Below are positions 44,640-57,396 of a DNA stretch of 64,000 nucleotides, in pieces. Origin of the DNA: Gracilinanus agilis (Eukaryota); assembly GCF_016433145.1 (NCBI RefSeq), contig NC_058132.1, positions 207,918,396-207,982,395 on the forward strand. Direction: 5' to 3'. Position numbers and translations under genes: made by a program. Under the pieces are notes generated by a model, which saw only the letters and a list, made by a program, of their open reading frames with translations, searched no databases and was not told where the DNA came from. Within the stretch, counting starts at the first letter, position 1, and each line of letters begins with the position of its first letter.

Positions 44640-46275
44640 TGCATTCATCTGTACCCTTGGCTCTCCTTAACCTTTCTTGCATTTCCTATACTGCTGCCCC
44701 ATTCATCTTCCTAAGTGGCATCCTGGACTACTTTTTCACCTCACATGTCCAGCCTGTTGCCAAATCCTGCCCTTTTTGTCCTTGCAGTATCCTCAAACAT
44801 TCTCTCTTATCCACTCATACAGTCCTCATTCTGGTTCCGATCCTCTTGGCTGAACTGTTGTAATGGCCTAAATGTACTTTCTGTCTTGTGCCTCTTCCCA
44901 TTCCAGGCTATCTTACACAATGTAAATGACTATTTCTTACATGTTATTTCCCTCTTTGCTTGGCTAACTTGCTTTTCTGCCCATGATACTCTTATGCCCC
45001 ATCTCCTTTACTGTGTACTGGCTGTCCCTTATTCCTGGAATACAACCCCTCTGCCTCCCTACTTTTAGAGTCTCTGGCTTCCTTCGAGGATCAGCCCAAG
45101 GATGTGAAGTCAAGAAGACCTGAGTTCAAATCATGCTTCATATCTTAACTAGATGTGTAATTATCCAAGTCACTTACCTGCTATCTGCCTCAGTTTCCTC
45201 ATCAGTAAAACAAAGATAATAGCACCTGTCTCATGAGGACCAGCTGAGACTGACCTATGCCAAATTGATGTGCTCTAGAAATGCTAGCTATTATTATCTT
45301 CCCAGCTGCTAGTGTACCCTCTCCTAAACCCACCTTCCTTTGGTGGGAGGGTGGAGGGGTGGATGTGTGTGTCACACACACAACATACATATAGATACAC
45401 ACATCTAGATAGATATGGCTATTTTTCCATATCACATATATGTATGTGTGTGCATATAATGTATAATAAGCATGCTTCTGTGTATTTATCTAGATATAGC
45501 TATCTACATATCATATATATAATGCGTGTGTTATATTGAGATCTCTTCATGATATGCCCTCTTCTGCTCAATGTCTGCCAAATTTTATCTACCAGATCAA
45601 GTTTGATCTGCTTAATCTGGCATTCAGAGTCCTCCACAATTTACAACCAGCACCTCCTAACTGGGCAAGTCACTTAACCTCATTTGCCTCAGTTTCCTCA
45701 TCTATAAAAATGAGCTGAGAAGGAAATAGCAAACAACTCTATTATCTTTGCCAAGCAAACCCCAAATGGGGTCCTAAAGAATCAGACATGACTGACCAAC
45801 AGCAGCCTTTCCAGCCTTATCTCACCCTGCTTCTCTCTAAATACTCCCCTGCTTTCAGCTAACCTGGGCAGCCTCCGGCCCCATGCATGGGTTTTATGCT
45901 TTCTCATCTCATTTGCACCAATACTATACCCCGTGTCCTTCCTGCCCTTGCTTCTACTAGCAGAAATCCTGCATGTCTTCTCAAGTCCAACTCAAGTGCC
46001 ATCTGCCTTATTTTTCCACGAAATGACCACCTCAACCCATTCCCAGTGGGCAGTCATCTTCTCCTATGGGACCTCCCCGTTCCCATGGATTTAATTTGTT
46101 TTGTTTTCAAGTACAGCTTTTGGTGTCTGAGTTCCATGCTTGTCCCAGATCACGAGCACCAGGAAGGCAGAGACCATATCTTCTCTACTCTTTGCTTTCC
46201 TTTCCCTGCCCCTTTTCCAAAACCTTTCTCCCAAGCTTGCACAGGTTTTTGCCTTCAGCTATAACTGAGTGAATG
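44640..46275 (+). mobile_element. Fragmented L2 interrupted by MIR, a simple repeat and a MAR1 piece
   Basis: L2 motifs (CCAAATCCTGCC...TATCCTCAAAC; TGGCATTCAGAGTCCTCCACAAT; TCTCAAGTCCAACTCAAGTGCC) resume on either side of the inserts. Confidence 0.65.
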
Positions 46276-46752
46276 AACAAGGTGCAGGGGTGTGTGTGCT
46301 GCATAGGGACTTGCAGAATGGAGTAAAGGACCTTGAATGGGATTCAGGAGCTAGGATCAGAGGCACCAGAGTGTGTTTTCTTGGGCTGCAGAGAGGATGT
46401 CTGTGGATAAAGGGCCTCAATTGTGCTTGAGGGATGTGAGGAGCAGGAAGTACTGATAAACAAAAGGAATATGAGCAGTTCTCTCTCTCTCTCTTGGTGC
46501 TTCCCATCTCAGCAGATATTTCTTCACTACTGTGTTATCAGTACTCATAAAGGAGGAACAATGGCTAGCCACAAAATCAAAAACCAAGAGCCAAGTGCTG
46601 GTCAGCAGTGCTGGGTCTTTCCATGCCCTTGTTCCCTCACCACCTCTCAGGCTGGGGTACATAGACCACCCAGCCAAGACTCAGAATCTACAAGGTACCT
46701 AGGTCTGGACATATCCACTAATGGGGGTTCTCATCTCCTCTTCAATTTTCAG

Positions 46753-46859
46753 TGTCATTATCTGCACCAGATGCCTTAAAAATCATAACGGAAAATGACC
46801 ATGTTCTTCTCTTTTGGAAAAGTCTAGCCTTAAAGGAAAAGTATTTTAATGAAAGCAGA
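46753..46859 (+). CDS. SORL1: SORL1 exon 45, FN3 ([36 protein letters not shown])
   Basis: ttttcag acceptor, GTAAGT donor at 46860; 107 nt. Confidence 0.97.
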
Positions 46860-47565
46860 GTAAGTGCATTATTCATTCTCATTGTCTTTTTTCTCCTCTG
46901 ACTTTGGAAATCCAGTTGAAATGCTCCTTCAGAGAAGAGCTCGTTAACAGAGTGCTTGGCATAGACGGAGGGCAAAAAAATAGGGCAAAGCAGTGAACTT
47001 GAGAATTAAAGGACCATTTTCTATGTGATTGCTAATTAGTGAAATGTTTATGCGGCACATTAAGGATGGAAATCACCGCACTAAGCACTTTTCCATCCTG
47101 AACTCTTCACTTAAAAAGAGTGGGAGATGGGCTGGGGCAGAGACCGTGAGCTGGAATGAGAGTGATTCTGCCTCAGACCACTGAACTACACCTTTCTCAG
47201 GGCCATGGAAGCAGCAGTTCTCAAGCAACAATATCAAAGGAATCAGTGTGCCCTATAAACCAGTCATCTCATCAGCTCTTCTCTTTCCAAAGAGATTAGT
47301 GGCAGCAGTCTCAACCTACAGGCATTTGGTTGGCCTAAGGAAAGTCAATTCTTTGATGTGATAACCTTAACATGTGCGAGGCTGCATGGGCATAGTTGAC
47401 AAAATTCAAGATTGGGAGTCAGGAAGACCTGGGTTTAAATCCCTATTCTGACACTTACAAGCTGTGTGACTACTCAGCCTCTCTGCCAAGACTCATCTGC
47501 TCTGTTATAGACAGATTACATCTGTGTTGTTAAAGGGAATTCCAACACCAGTGAATTTGCATTTA

Positions 47566-47760
47566 CTTTCTTTTTTTGTTTTTTAAACTCTTACCTTCCA
47601 TCTTAGAATCAATACTATGCATCAGTTCCAAGGCAGAAGAGCGTTAAGGACTAGGCAATAGGGGTTAAATGACTTTGCCCAGTGTCACACAGCTAGGAAG
47701 TGTCTGAGGCCAGATTTGAACCCAGGCCTAGCCCTCTGTCACTGAGCCACCTAGCTATTC
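47566..47760 (-). mobile_element. SINE1_Mdo-like
   Basis: Poly-T tail, CTTAGAATCAATACT tail motif, CORE. Confidence 0.85.
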
Positions 47761-48046
47761 CTAAATTATATATTCTTGATGCGCTTTTGGAAGCCTATAT
47801 TGTATCTTAATGTCTTATCTTTTCAGTTATAAGACCATTTTCCTCTGGCTTTTCCTAGGAAGTGTCTAGGCTAGAAATCAAAAGTTCTGAGTTCTGATTG
47901 ATCTTTGTCTTTGACTTTGCTTCTCAGTTTCCTTCACTATAAAATGATGAGTTTGGACTAGGGCATCCTTAAAATCTTTAAAAACCCCAGCATTCTTGGC
48001 ATAGTTCTTTGTATGTGACATTGCTTGTGTACATGTTTATTCTTAG

Positions 48047-48239
48047 GGTTACGAGATACGTATGTATGACAGCGTGATGAATATCACAGCATACCTTGGG
48101 AACACCACCGACAATTTCTTTAAAATTTCTAATCTGAAGATGGGCCACAATTACACCTTCTCTGTACAAGCAAGATGCCTTCTCAGTGGCCAGATCTGTG
48201 GAGAGCCTGCAGTGCTTCTTTATGATGAGTTAGGATTTG
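48047..48239 (+). CDS. SORL1: SORL1 exon 46, last FN3 ([64 protein letters not shown])
   Basis: ttcttag acceptor, GTAAGT donor at 48240; 193 nt. Confidence 0.97.
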
Positions 48240-49489
48240 GTAAGTGACCAACATCATTGATTTCTGTCTTCAATTTTCAAAAAACTTCAAGTTGTTCCAT
48301 AATCTATTACTCATGTCTCTTTCTAGTATTATAATTAAACTTCACTACAGCTGAGAAAGATCAGCGTCAGCACCTGACATAATTGTTTCCCAACAATTCT
48401 TATAATAGGGGGTTTGGAGGAGATGGAATGAGGAGTAGAGGATTTAGAAGTTCAGTTAGTCCTAAAGAACGAAAATCAGCAGGCATTGTGTGCCTGGCTT
48501 TTGCGGTGTAGTATGTAAGAACCGCACAGATACAGAAACACACATACTTATTTTTTCTATGCCAGCTCCCTCCTCCTTACCCTCACCACTCACCTTGTAG
48601 GTGGTCTGGTAACCAAGTTAGGTCATGGTGAGTAAGAAGGTCCCAATTCACTATAGATTAAAAACCAAACAGCAGTAAACACACCTACCCACGTCCCATC
48701 TTGTGCTAGGTCACTATTTATCCAAGTGTGTTGTGTGTCAGCTTTCCAGAGACTGCTTCAGATGAGAAAGTCCTAGTTTAGCGCTTTTTCCCAGAAGGTT
48801 GGTGCCTGTCTCATGACTAAATCAGTGTTCCATGTAGATGTTCTGCTCTTGATCTATGTAGTTCCATTTATACTGAAGAAAGAGTCTAGAACCTAATTTG
48901 TTTTTATGCTGATATTTTCCCATAAATGGTTTTGAACATTTTTATAGAAGGGTTTGAGTTCTTTTTTTTTTAAGGTAAAGAAGGAAAGACACAATCTATA
49001 AGTCAGTATTCTAGTGAATGAGTATTTTAGCTCACTTAACGAAGCTTCAGGTAATTGCAGTTCCATGTAACCTTGGTGCCAAGTCAGGGAAATAATTGCA
49101 ATCTCAGTAATTAGTGGTCTGGTTTCACATCCTCTTGTACATGGCAAGCAAGTGGTCTTGAGTAATAATGCTAATGAAATCAATGTTGATACCCCCAACA
49201 AAGGTCTCCCTTCCAAGAGATCATCTAAATAACCAACAAGGCGGTGATTAAGAGTCTAACGTAATTACCGTATTTGCATTCTCAAGACCCATGGTCTGTC
49301 AGCTCATGGCGGGCAATCAAAAAACAGTCCTATGGGGGACATGTCATAAACGGAGGATGCTCTGGGTTTTGCATTTCAAATGATGGTTCTGAGGAGGGCC
49401 CTAGGGCAGGCAGGGAAACGTGGACCTCTTGCCCTCCATCCTCCTGTCCTCAGGCACATAGCTGATGCATCGATATCTTCTATTGGCAG

Positions 49490-49702
49490 GTGCAGATGCA
49501 TCCACATTCCAGGCTGGAAGGTCGACTGATGTGGCTGCCATTGTGGTTCCCATATTATTCCTGCTCCTGGTGACTGTGGGGATAGGGTTTATAGTCCTGT
49601 ATACACGGCATCGGAGGCTCCAGAACAGTTTCACTGCCTTTGCCAATAGTCACTATAGCTCCCGGCTCGGCTCGGCCATTTTCTCATCAGGAGATGATCT
49701 TG
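49490..49702 (+). CDS. SORL1: SORL1 exon 47, transmembrane helix ([24 protein letters not shown]) and cytoplasmic FANSHY motif
   Basis: ttggcag acceptor, GTAAGT donor at 49703; 213 nt; hydrophobic stretch, then [33 protein letters not shown]. Confidence 0.98.
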
Positions 49703-51287
49703 GTAAGTGTGGCCTGGTTGTTGTGCCTGGTGCTTATGGCCACAGTTGTTTCCTTTGAGCCACACATTTTCTAACCCATTGATTTATTTTAGGGCTCCCT
49801 AAAGCCTCTCCTGTGACCGTAGTGTGTGTCCTGTCAGAGTGAGCTATTCATTAGCCAGTAATACCACTGGGATGGGGTAAATTAGTTTAAAAGGAGGTTC
49901 TATTATTTCTGTGACTTAGGGCATTGAACTGGATGACTTCTGGTGTTCCTTTGAGCTCTAGATTATGATCTTTGACCTCTTAACTCATATGTGGTGTGGA
50001 GGATTGAAATGGTATCATTTGCAGCCATAGTGCCATTTTGGTCACACCTCAGAGGGAGTGGTGTTTATCCAGGAACTTGCCTCCTCTGGGTGCATAAATG
50101 AGGGGAAGTGCAGACCTTATATGCGCTCCACTCCAAGTGTTCCCCAGACCTGTGAGAAACCTGTCCCCCAGAATACTGTGGCGCTCTTCCCCCAACATGT
50201 CACCTTCCTCTCTTGATCCTTCTCCAGAAGGATCCACAGATTCTCAGTGCCACCAAACACCTTTTAGCTTTGTGACAATAGCCAAGGAAGAGCTGACCCT
50301 CCTCTGAGGAGATCACTCCAGCCTTTTGTTCTAGTCTCTTCCCCAGGCCTTGTGTCTTTGATAAGCTCTTTGGTCTACCTGGCTTAATGAAAACCAGTGT
50401 CTGGGCAGAGAGAAAGAGAGTGGGGTTAGGGAGTTTGGCCCCACCATTAGGTGTGGAGGAGCGGCCTCTCTGCAGCCCAGCTCTCTCAAATGTTAAGGGC
50501 CCCTTGGTTGTATGAGATTCTGAGCATGGAATGTCAAGGAAATAAGAATACAAGCCTGTGTTCTTAAGGAATTTATACCCCTCCATGCTCACAGGTCCTA
50601 GCCCCCTCACGTCAGTGCCAATAGAGGCATAGCAGGGAGGGCACACCATACAGATGACTCTAGGTTAATGAATGGAGGGGGGACAGTGTCATGAGAATAA
50701 CCCATAAAAATAGCATGCTCTTCAGGTCACTTTTTTTTCCTCCAGTAAATTTACCTTCTTAATCACATTAGACTTTCGTTGATACCAAAATAAATTTATC
50801 TTCCTTAGTGCCCTCAACATGTTGGGTATGGTGTCAGAGGACTTGGATTCAAATCCCAGTTCGGCTTCTTAACTGCTCAGTTGGCCTTAGTCGAGGTCCT
50901 GAATATCTTGAGTCAGTCAATCAGGCATCTTGTATTTATTAAGTGCCTACTGTATGCCAGATCATGCCCAGCACTGGCCATGTCTGGGTCTCAGTTCTCT
51001 TCAGTGTCTGTAATGACACTTAATCTAGACATGATTCTGTGATCTTTCCATGGCTCAGCAGTGTGTTGACCGGCAGAACAAAGCAAAGGCTCTGGTATGG
51101 AATTGTAGAAACTCCACGGAACTACATTGACAGTTTACTGTTATCAAAACTTTGACGGCCCAACTAGCATGGAGGCTGCGGTCTTCACCTTTACAATTAG
51201 GAAATGGTAGGGGAGGGAGGAGGGAGGAGGGGGAGGCCACCCATGACAGCATAAGAGAGGTTTACCCAGAGTTTTGTTTGTCTTTAG

Positions 51288-51355
51288 GAGATGATGACGA
51301 GGATGCTCCTATGATAACGGGATTTTCAGATGACGTCCCCATGGTGATAGCCTGA
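51288..51355 (+). CDS. SORL1: SORL1 exon 48 coding part ([22 protein letters not shown]): acidic cluster and C-terminal GGA-binding motif
   Basis: tctttag acceptor; TGA 51353-51355; diagnostic SorLA C-terminus. Confidence 0.98.
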
Positions 51356-51511
51356 AGAGTGTTCCTCACTGTAAACCAAATGGTGTAAATATTTTATTTG
51401 ATAAAGATAGTTGATGGTTTATTTTAAAAAATGCACTTTGAGTTGCAATACGTTATTTTTATATGGGCCAAAAAAAGGACAAAAACAAAAAAAAAGAGAA
51501 AGAAATGAATG

Positions 51512-51711
51512 AATAAACTTTGTAGTAATCAACTGTGAACAACAAGAAACCAGGTTGAGTTTAGTCATCAAATTGCTTTGATTTGACATTAATTTAGTCT
51601 TACAGGGCTGTGCTTGCTGGGCATGCTTTTAAGTCTGTGAGATAATTTTTGGTTTAATAAATTGGCTACTCCTTTTTATTTTTCTAAGTCAACAGAAATG
51701 TATTTAATAAA
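51512..51711 (+). terminator. Proximal polyadenylation signal cluster
   Basis: AATAAA at 51512-51517, 51656-51661 and 51706-51711. Confidence 0.5.
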
Positions 51712-52439
51712 AACTTCAGGAGAACTACAATGGGTGAAATCCCTTTCTCCTTGAAGAAGTGACCGAATTTTAAATATTCTTTGGATTTTGTTTATATGCA
51801 AGTTTGGGGTGGCTAGGGGTGGGGAGGGTGCTTTTATTTTGTTCTGTTAATTTATTGGGGCCTCTCTTTGGGGCCAGGTTTTTGTGGTTATGTGACATTG
51901 CACGTATTACTGAGCCCCTCCTCTCTCACAGGGCCCAGGAGTGGGGCACAAGCATTGGTTTTGCCATTCCTGAAGAGACCCATTTTAATCTAATATGTGT
52001 TTAAACATTACTGTATTTGATTGGAGAGACACTTGAAACCAACACGCAGTTTCAGTTAGACAGAGCTGCAGCTTGTGCAACCTTGCCAACCATAAGCTTC
52101 CTCCTGCTTATATTAAGCGATGGACTTTTGCTCTATTTGCCTGTGTACAAGATGTGACTTTTGAAGCTGAAATGGTGGCATAAGAGAATACTGCTCTATA
52201 ACACATTGCTGCAGTCATTATTTCAGGGGCAGTGGGGAGCTCCTCCCATTGTGAGAGAAGAGAGTTAGCTCCCAGCTCAATGCAGTGATATGTGACCAAT
52301 CAATACCCTGGCAAATAGAGTACCTTATTTTTCATTTATGCACCTTCAGTTTTAAGTTTTGTATTTAAGATAATAGTGTGGCCAATATTTCTTCTTAAAA
52401 ATACTTGGTATATTTAGCTCTTTTGGATTGGGTCAGTAC

Positions 52440-52605
52440 TTCCATCTCTCCCTCTCCCTGCCACTCCCTCTCTTTCTCTCCCCCTTTATTTCTCTCTCCC
52501 TTCCTTCCCCCTCCTTTCTTTCTTTCCTCTCTTCCTTCTTTCCCCACTTTCCTGTCCTTTTCCCTCACTCCCTCCCTTCCTCTTCTTTTCTTCCTTTCTT
52601 TCTCA
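52440..52605. repeat. CT-rich tract in the 3'UTR
   Basis: Direct reading. Confidence 0.85.
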
Positions 52606-54699
52606 AAAGAGAAAGTGCTACATTCTCACAAAGATAGCTGGACAGTCCAAAAATTTGAGCCACTGAATTAGAATTAACAGTAGAAGCAAAAATGGAGTTT
52701 GTTCATTCTCTTCAAAAAATAATTTGTGATTGTTCTTCTGCCTTTTTAAAGTCACCTGTGTGTCAAAAAAAACACAACAAAAACCAACACTGGCCATTTA
52801 ATGTAGAATGCACTGCGGCCTGTCATGCTTCTCCTTAGCAGTTAGAGATGTCTGCACCTTTGTCTGACATTGTTGTGGTTGTACTGTGTGGTTTGTCACT
52901 GTGAAACTTCCTCCCAGGTTAGGAGCAATGACCTGTGGGGGGAATCCAAAGTTCTGTCTCTTAATACATGTTTCTGATATGCAAAGCTTTGTGAAGCCTC
53001 ATCAGCACTGCTAGATGCAGTGTGCCTCTGTCTTCTCTCAAGTATCTGATTTATTTTAACCAAAAGTATCTCGTTTTGTGTAACAAAATGTACTTACAGT
53101 CTTCCTAAGGATTGTGTTGGGGGGGGGGGGGAAGAGCCAGTGGTATTTTTTAAACTGTTGACTTTAATTTCAGATAAGGAGTATTTGAAACAATGGAAGT
53201 TTCACTCTCAGTGTGGCTACTTCTCTCATTTTTAATGTGTGATGGTGATGGTGAAGTGAGCCTTCTCCCAGGCCATTGTTTCTTTTTGAAAGACAGGAAT
53301 TTTATTGGTTTTCTCCGTTCTTGGCTCGGATTTTATTATTGATTATCCCTTTCACCTCCCCCTTTAATTACTCTTTTAAGTAGCTGAAAGATTAAAAATC
53401 AGGGGGTGGGGGGAGAGAGAATTAATTAAATTTAAATAAATTAATTGCTTTAAATTAATTAAACTAGGAAATATGGTTCTTTTCTTCCCTTCCCACCAAT
53501 CTTTTGTGTCGTCTGTTAAAACCATAGCTCTGAGACATTGTTTTCATTGATTCTGTAAGCAATTTTGTGTTCAAATCAGGTTTCCATCAGCTATGTTTAG
53601 GTATTTTTGAGAGTTCCTAGTGCCTCCCAATGCTGTGTGCACAGTACTGAATATGCCGGCCACCACCTCTCCCCTTAGAATAATAATGCCCTTTGTGCTG
53701 TTAGATAGAGCAGCCTTTTAGGGCTAGTGTATTTTATATAACAAGAGCTCAGCTCCAGAAAACTGAGATAGATAGAGATAGATGCAGCGATGTGTAAATT
53801 GTATATTTTTATGGAGTTTTGAAGCACATCAGCTTTCTTCATGTAGTTTTATGGGGTCGGGATGTATATATGAAGTCAAAAGGGATCCAGTGCGGTTGAG
53901 TGGCACTGGGAAATATAAAGAAATTTCTGAGGGCCTTTTCAAGTGACTGGATCTTTTTCCTCACTGTGACACAACCAATGTCAGTGGGTGTTTTTGGCAA
54001 AGGGGGTCTTGTGCCTTGGTGAAGATGCTGTCCATAGGGTCCATCATGTTTGAGGGAGTGGGGGAAGTTTTCATTTTTCTCCCAACAGACAATAAATAGG
54101 GTGACCAATTCTCATGCTCATTTGAACCAAGTTCCCTAAATGGATCATTGAAATTGAGCAAGGGAGACAAATTGGGGTGAGGAATAACAGCCAAAAATTC
54201 CAACTGGAAGCTTACTGCCTATGTGGTTTGTGCAGCAAAACCCTTTGAATTTAATGTGACTTGAGCATCTCTTGAATTATTTATTAAGAGATACGTGATG
54301 ATTGGAGAGTTAGAGTCCTGTGAAGGGTTCCATGAAGAGGCCATGGCAATATAGTCCAACTTTCCAGGTTCTTAAAAAAACTGGCAACTTGGTGGCTGTC
54401 TGTAAAGGCTATGAAAACCCTTATAAATGCCAGCCACTGGGAGGAGCTTTTGCCTCTTGGAAAAGGAGTTTATGGGGATTAGTTCTATCCTTTATAATGT
54501 CCCTAGGATCACAGCCACTGAGGACAAAGGTAGAGCTCAGCTATCGCCTTTCTTCCTCCACTAATGCGTAACCCATTCTGTATATCCTAAATGTCCATTT
54601 CATAAATTAGCCTGATTCTGCCTAATAGGTCACTTCAACTGAATGGAGATGAGGCAGTGGCAAGTTTAAGGGACTGAGAAGGGAAACATCTCTCCTCCA

Positions 54700-54720
54700 A
54701 CACACTGACACACACACACA

Positions 54721-54753
<33 letters not shown>
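54700..54753. repeat. (CA)n microsatellite
   Basis: Direct reading; two interruptions. Confidence 0.9.
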
Positions 54754-54754
<1 letters not shown>

Positions 54755-55482
54755 GAGCTTTAGTCAGTCATTCTTTCAGTTGATGTAAAGATTAGTTATT
54801 GCATATTTTGAAAATATGTCCCCAGATTTTCCTTCTGGGGGAAGCTCCATCCCAGCAGTTTGGTTCCTTCTTCACCAAGGTTGCTGCTACTGATGGAGAA
54901 CCCCTCCACCCAAGACTATTTACTGACTGCAGGTCCTCCAGCCTGTTTCATTGTCACTGCAAAGAAGGTATTTAGGAAAATAAACTGAATGCTACCTTGG
55001 TTTGTATGATTGAAACAGATTATATTAGGACTCGACTTTAAAAGTCCCGCCATCTCATTGGTCTTAACTTGAATATTTGTTCCCTTTCAAGTAGACATTT
55101 ATTGTAATGAAAACCAGTACACTTGAGTTTATACAGGTTCTTCTCTATGCAAGCCTAAGCGATGGAATGAGATAACATAGTGGCATCATGCTGATGAGAA
55201 GTATGTTTTCAAAAAGGTATCACCACTTAATAGGAAAATAGGCTGAGGGAGGATTCGTTGCATACATGTTTCTGCCCATTCATTTAGAGCAGCCATATCA
55301 CAAATTTCAAGAGCCAAGTAATCCAGGAATGGTATTAGTCTCATGTATAGTATCGTAGAGAGATAAAAGAGCAAATGGTGAAATGGAACAACATTACTCT
55401 CCTGTTTGCCATAGTTTCTCAGTTGAAAGATTCTGTTAGGAATCATTAAAATTGTAAGCAAATTCACAAGCATTTGCAGAGA

Positions 55483-55754
55483 AATAAATAAATCCTATCC
55501 TGCTCTTATTTTAAGCAAAACTCTTTGTTCCTCTCCAAAGTAACATTAGATGTTTATAATTTAAATTGCCTTGATAAGTTTCTTAAGTCACTGATTTCTG
55601 CTAAAGATTTTACTATATTGTTGCACAATTTTAAAGGATTTTTGTCTTTGTCAACTTTTTTCACTGAATAAAAAATTAATTGGGTCAAGAAAACATCTAC
55701 TTTAAAAATCCATTCTACATATGTGTCTTGAGTTATTCCTCTGAGTGCAATAAA
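55483..55754 (+). terminator. Distal polyadenylation signal cluster
   Basis: AATAAA at 55483-55488, 55487-55492, 55667-55672 and 55749-55754, with U/GU-rich sequence nearby. Confidence 0.5.
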
Positions 55755-57396
55755 GATGGCTAATGCAGTCTCTAAACACCATTTGATGTGTCTGGTTTAA
55801 AAGGATATTTGTTTCATAGACAAGAGAACACTGAGATCTGGGATAATTTTGTTATTAACACAATCACTCGGAATGGGGATGCTTGAAGAACATGATGTCT
55901 TTATGTTATCAGAGAAGGGGAATGGGAGAGCTGGATATGTTTTGACTGGCTGGCTTGAAAGAAACAGAAGGTATCATACACAGGGTAGTAACTTCAGACT
56001 TTTCCTTGGAATTTTATCTGTGCTAGCAAATGTAAGGCCCCAAAATGATATTGTTCTTCACTTTCCTGACTTAGACATCAGCTCCAAATGTCACAAAAAC
56101 AAAACTGTGGATTTTTCAAATATTAGGGGGAAAGCAGGTAGGTGTAGATGGCTCATTAAACCTTTCAAGAAGTCTTAATAGTCTTGCGGAGTAAAGGGAA
56201 GAGGAGAAAAGAATTAATGAGCTACAAAACAAAGGAAAGCTGCTTTGAAAAAGATGTAGAAAAAATAGAAAACTACTGAATGAGTACAAAAAGTTGGGGG
56301 GAAGGCAGAAAATTTTAACTCAGTAGTCTGAGTTAGAAGATCTAGATTCAAGTCCTGGCTTTGGAATTTAATAGCCAAGTCATAGAGGTAGGGACTGGAC
56401 CTATGATTCCATTAGGAAAGAAAACTCCCAGGTCAGGAAAAGCCCAATACCTTCTCTGCAGTTTAGTCTTTGAGAGGTTTAAGTGCCTTGCTCAGGTGGG
56501 TCACACTTGAATCTAAATCTTTTTGACTACGGAGCCAGCTCTCTAACCACTATACCCCACAAATCATGTAGCCTCTTGTGGGGTTCAGCTATTAAAAATG
56601 GGGACAACAGTCTTTGTACTGTCTAACTCATTGAGTCATTACGAGCAAAGCATTTTGTAAACCTCACAACACTATTTTAAGCATAAACAGTTGGAATTAA
56701 TAATAATAAACTCATATTTGGAATCAACATTCAGCAACTTTAGCTATTTGGAATGCCACCCATTACTCAGAAGGAAGCAAAAAGGCCCCTAAGAAGCCAC
56801 GTAGATATCCAAGTTGAGTAATGAAAATTTATTCACAGGGAGAATTATACACTTCCCCAAAGCCTGTCTATGATCGTCTCAGATTCTCTTCTAAAGGAGC
56901 TGGTTGTTTAGTTTCTACCAGAGTCTCAAGACACCCCTAAGTGAGGTTGGGAGTGGGAGTGACCCAGGAGGTATTCCTAGGGATACAACAGTACAACCTC
57001 TCACCTTTCCGATGGACATAAAAATTTCCAGCATTCAAGCACCATGCTATGGACCCAAAGGGAAGGACATTATCAGAGTAATCACTTGCTTATGTGAAAA
57101 ACACACTCAGGGGCCCAGATGGCCAGGTCCCTCCTTCCCAGCCATATTAGCCAACCTACCTGGCCCCTCCTTCTCTTGGAATATAGAATGCAGTAGTTGG
57201 AAAAACCCTCACAGGCCACAAAATCCAAACTAAACCCAAACAGGAATTCCTCCAAAGTGGCCAGGTGGCTTTTATGGCTTAAGACCCCAAACAGATACTG
57301 TTCTTCGTTTCCTCACTTTAGACATCCACTCCAAACATCCAAAAAACAGAACTATGGATTTTTCAAAGGTTAGGGGGAAAGCAGGTAGGTGTAGAC

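Larger units (their letters stand above)
51356..55775 (+). other. SORL1: Probable long SORL1 3'UTR (end uncertain)
   Basis: Proximal ~200 nt resemble the recalled human SORL1 3'UTR; no SINE/LINE recognised until ~56.3 kb; distal AATAAA at 55483, 55487, 55667, 55749; human 3'UTR recalled as ~4 kb. Confidence 0.6.

Noticed and set aside
53420-53462. AT-rich quasi-palindrome in the 3'UTR
   Set aside because: Low-complexity AATT repeats; self-complementarity expected by chance
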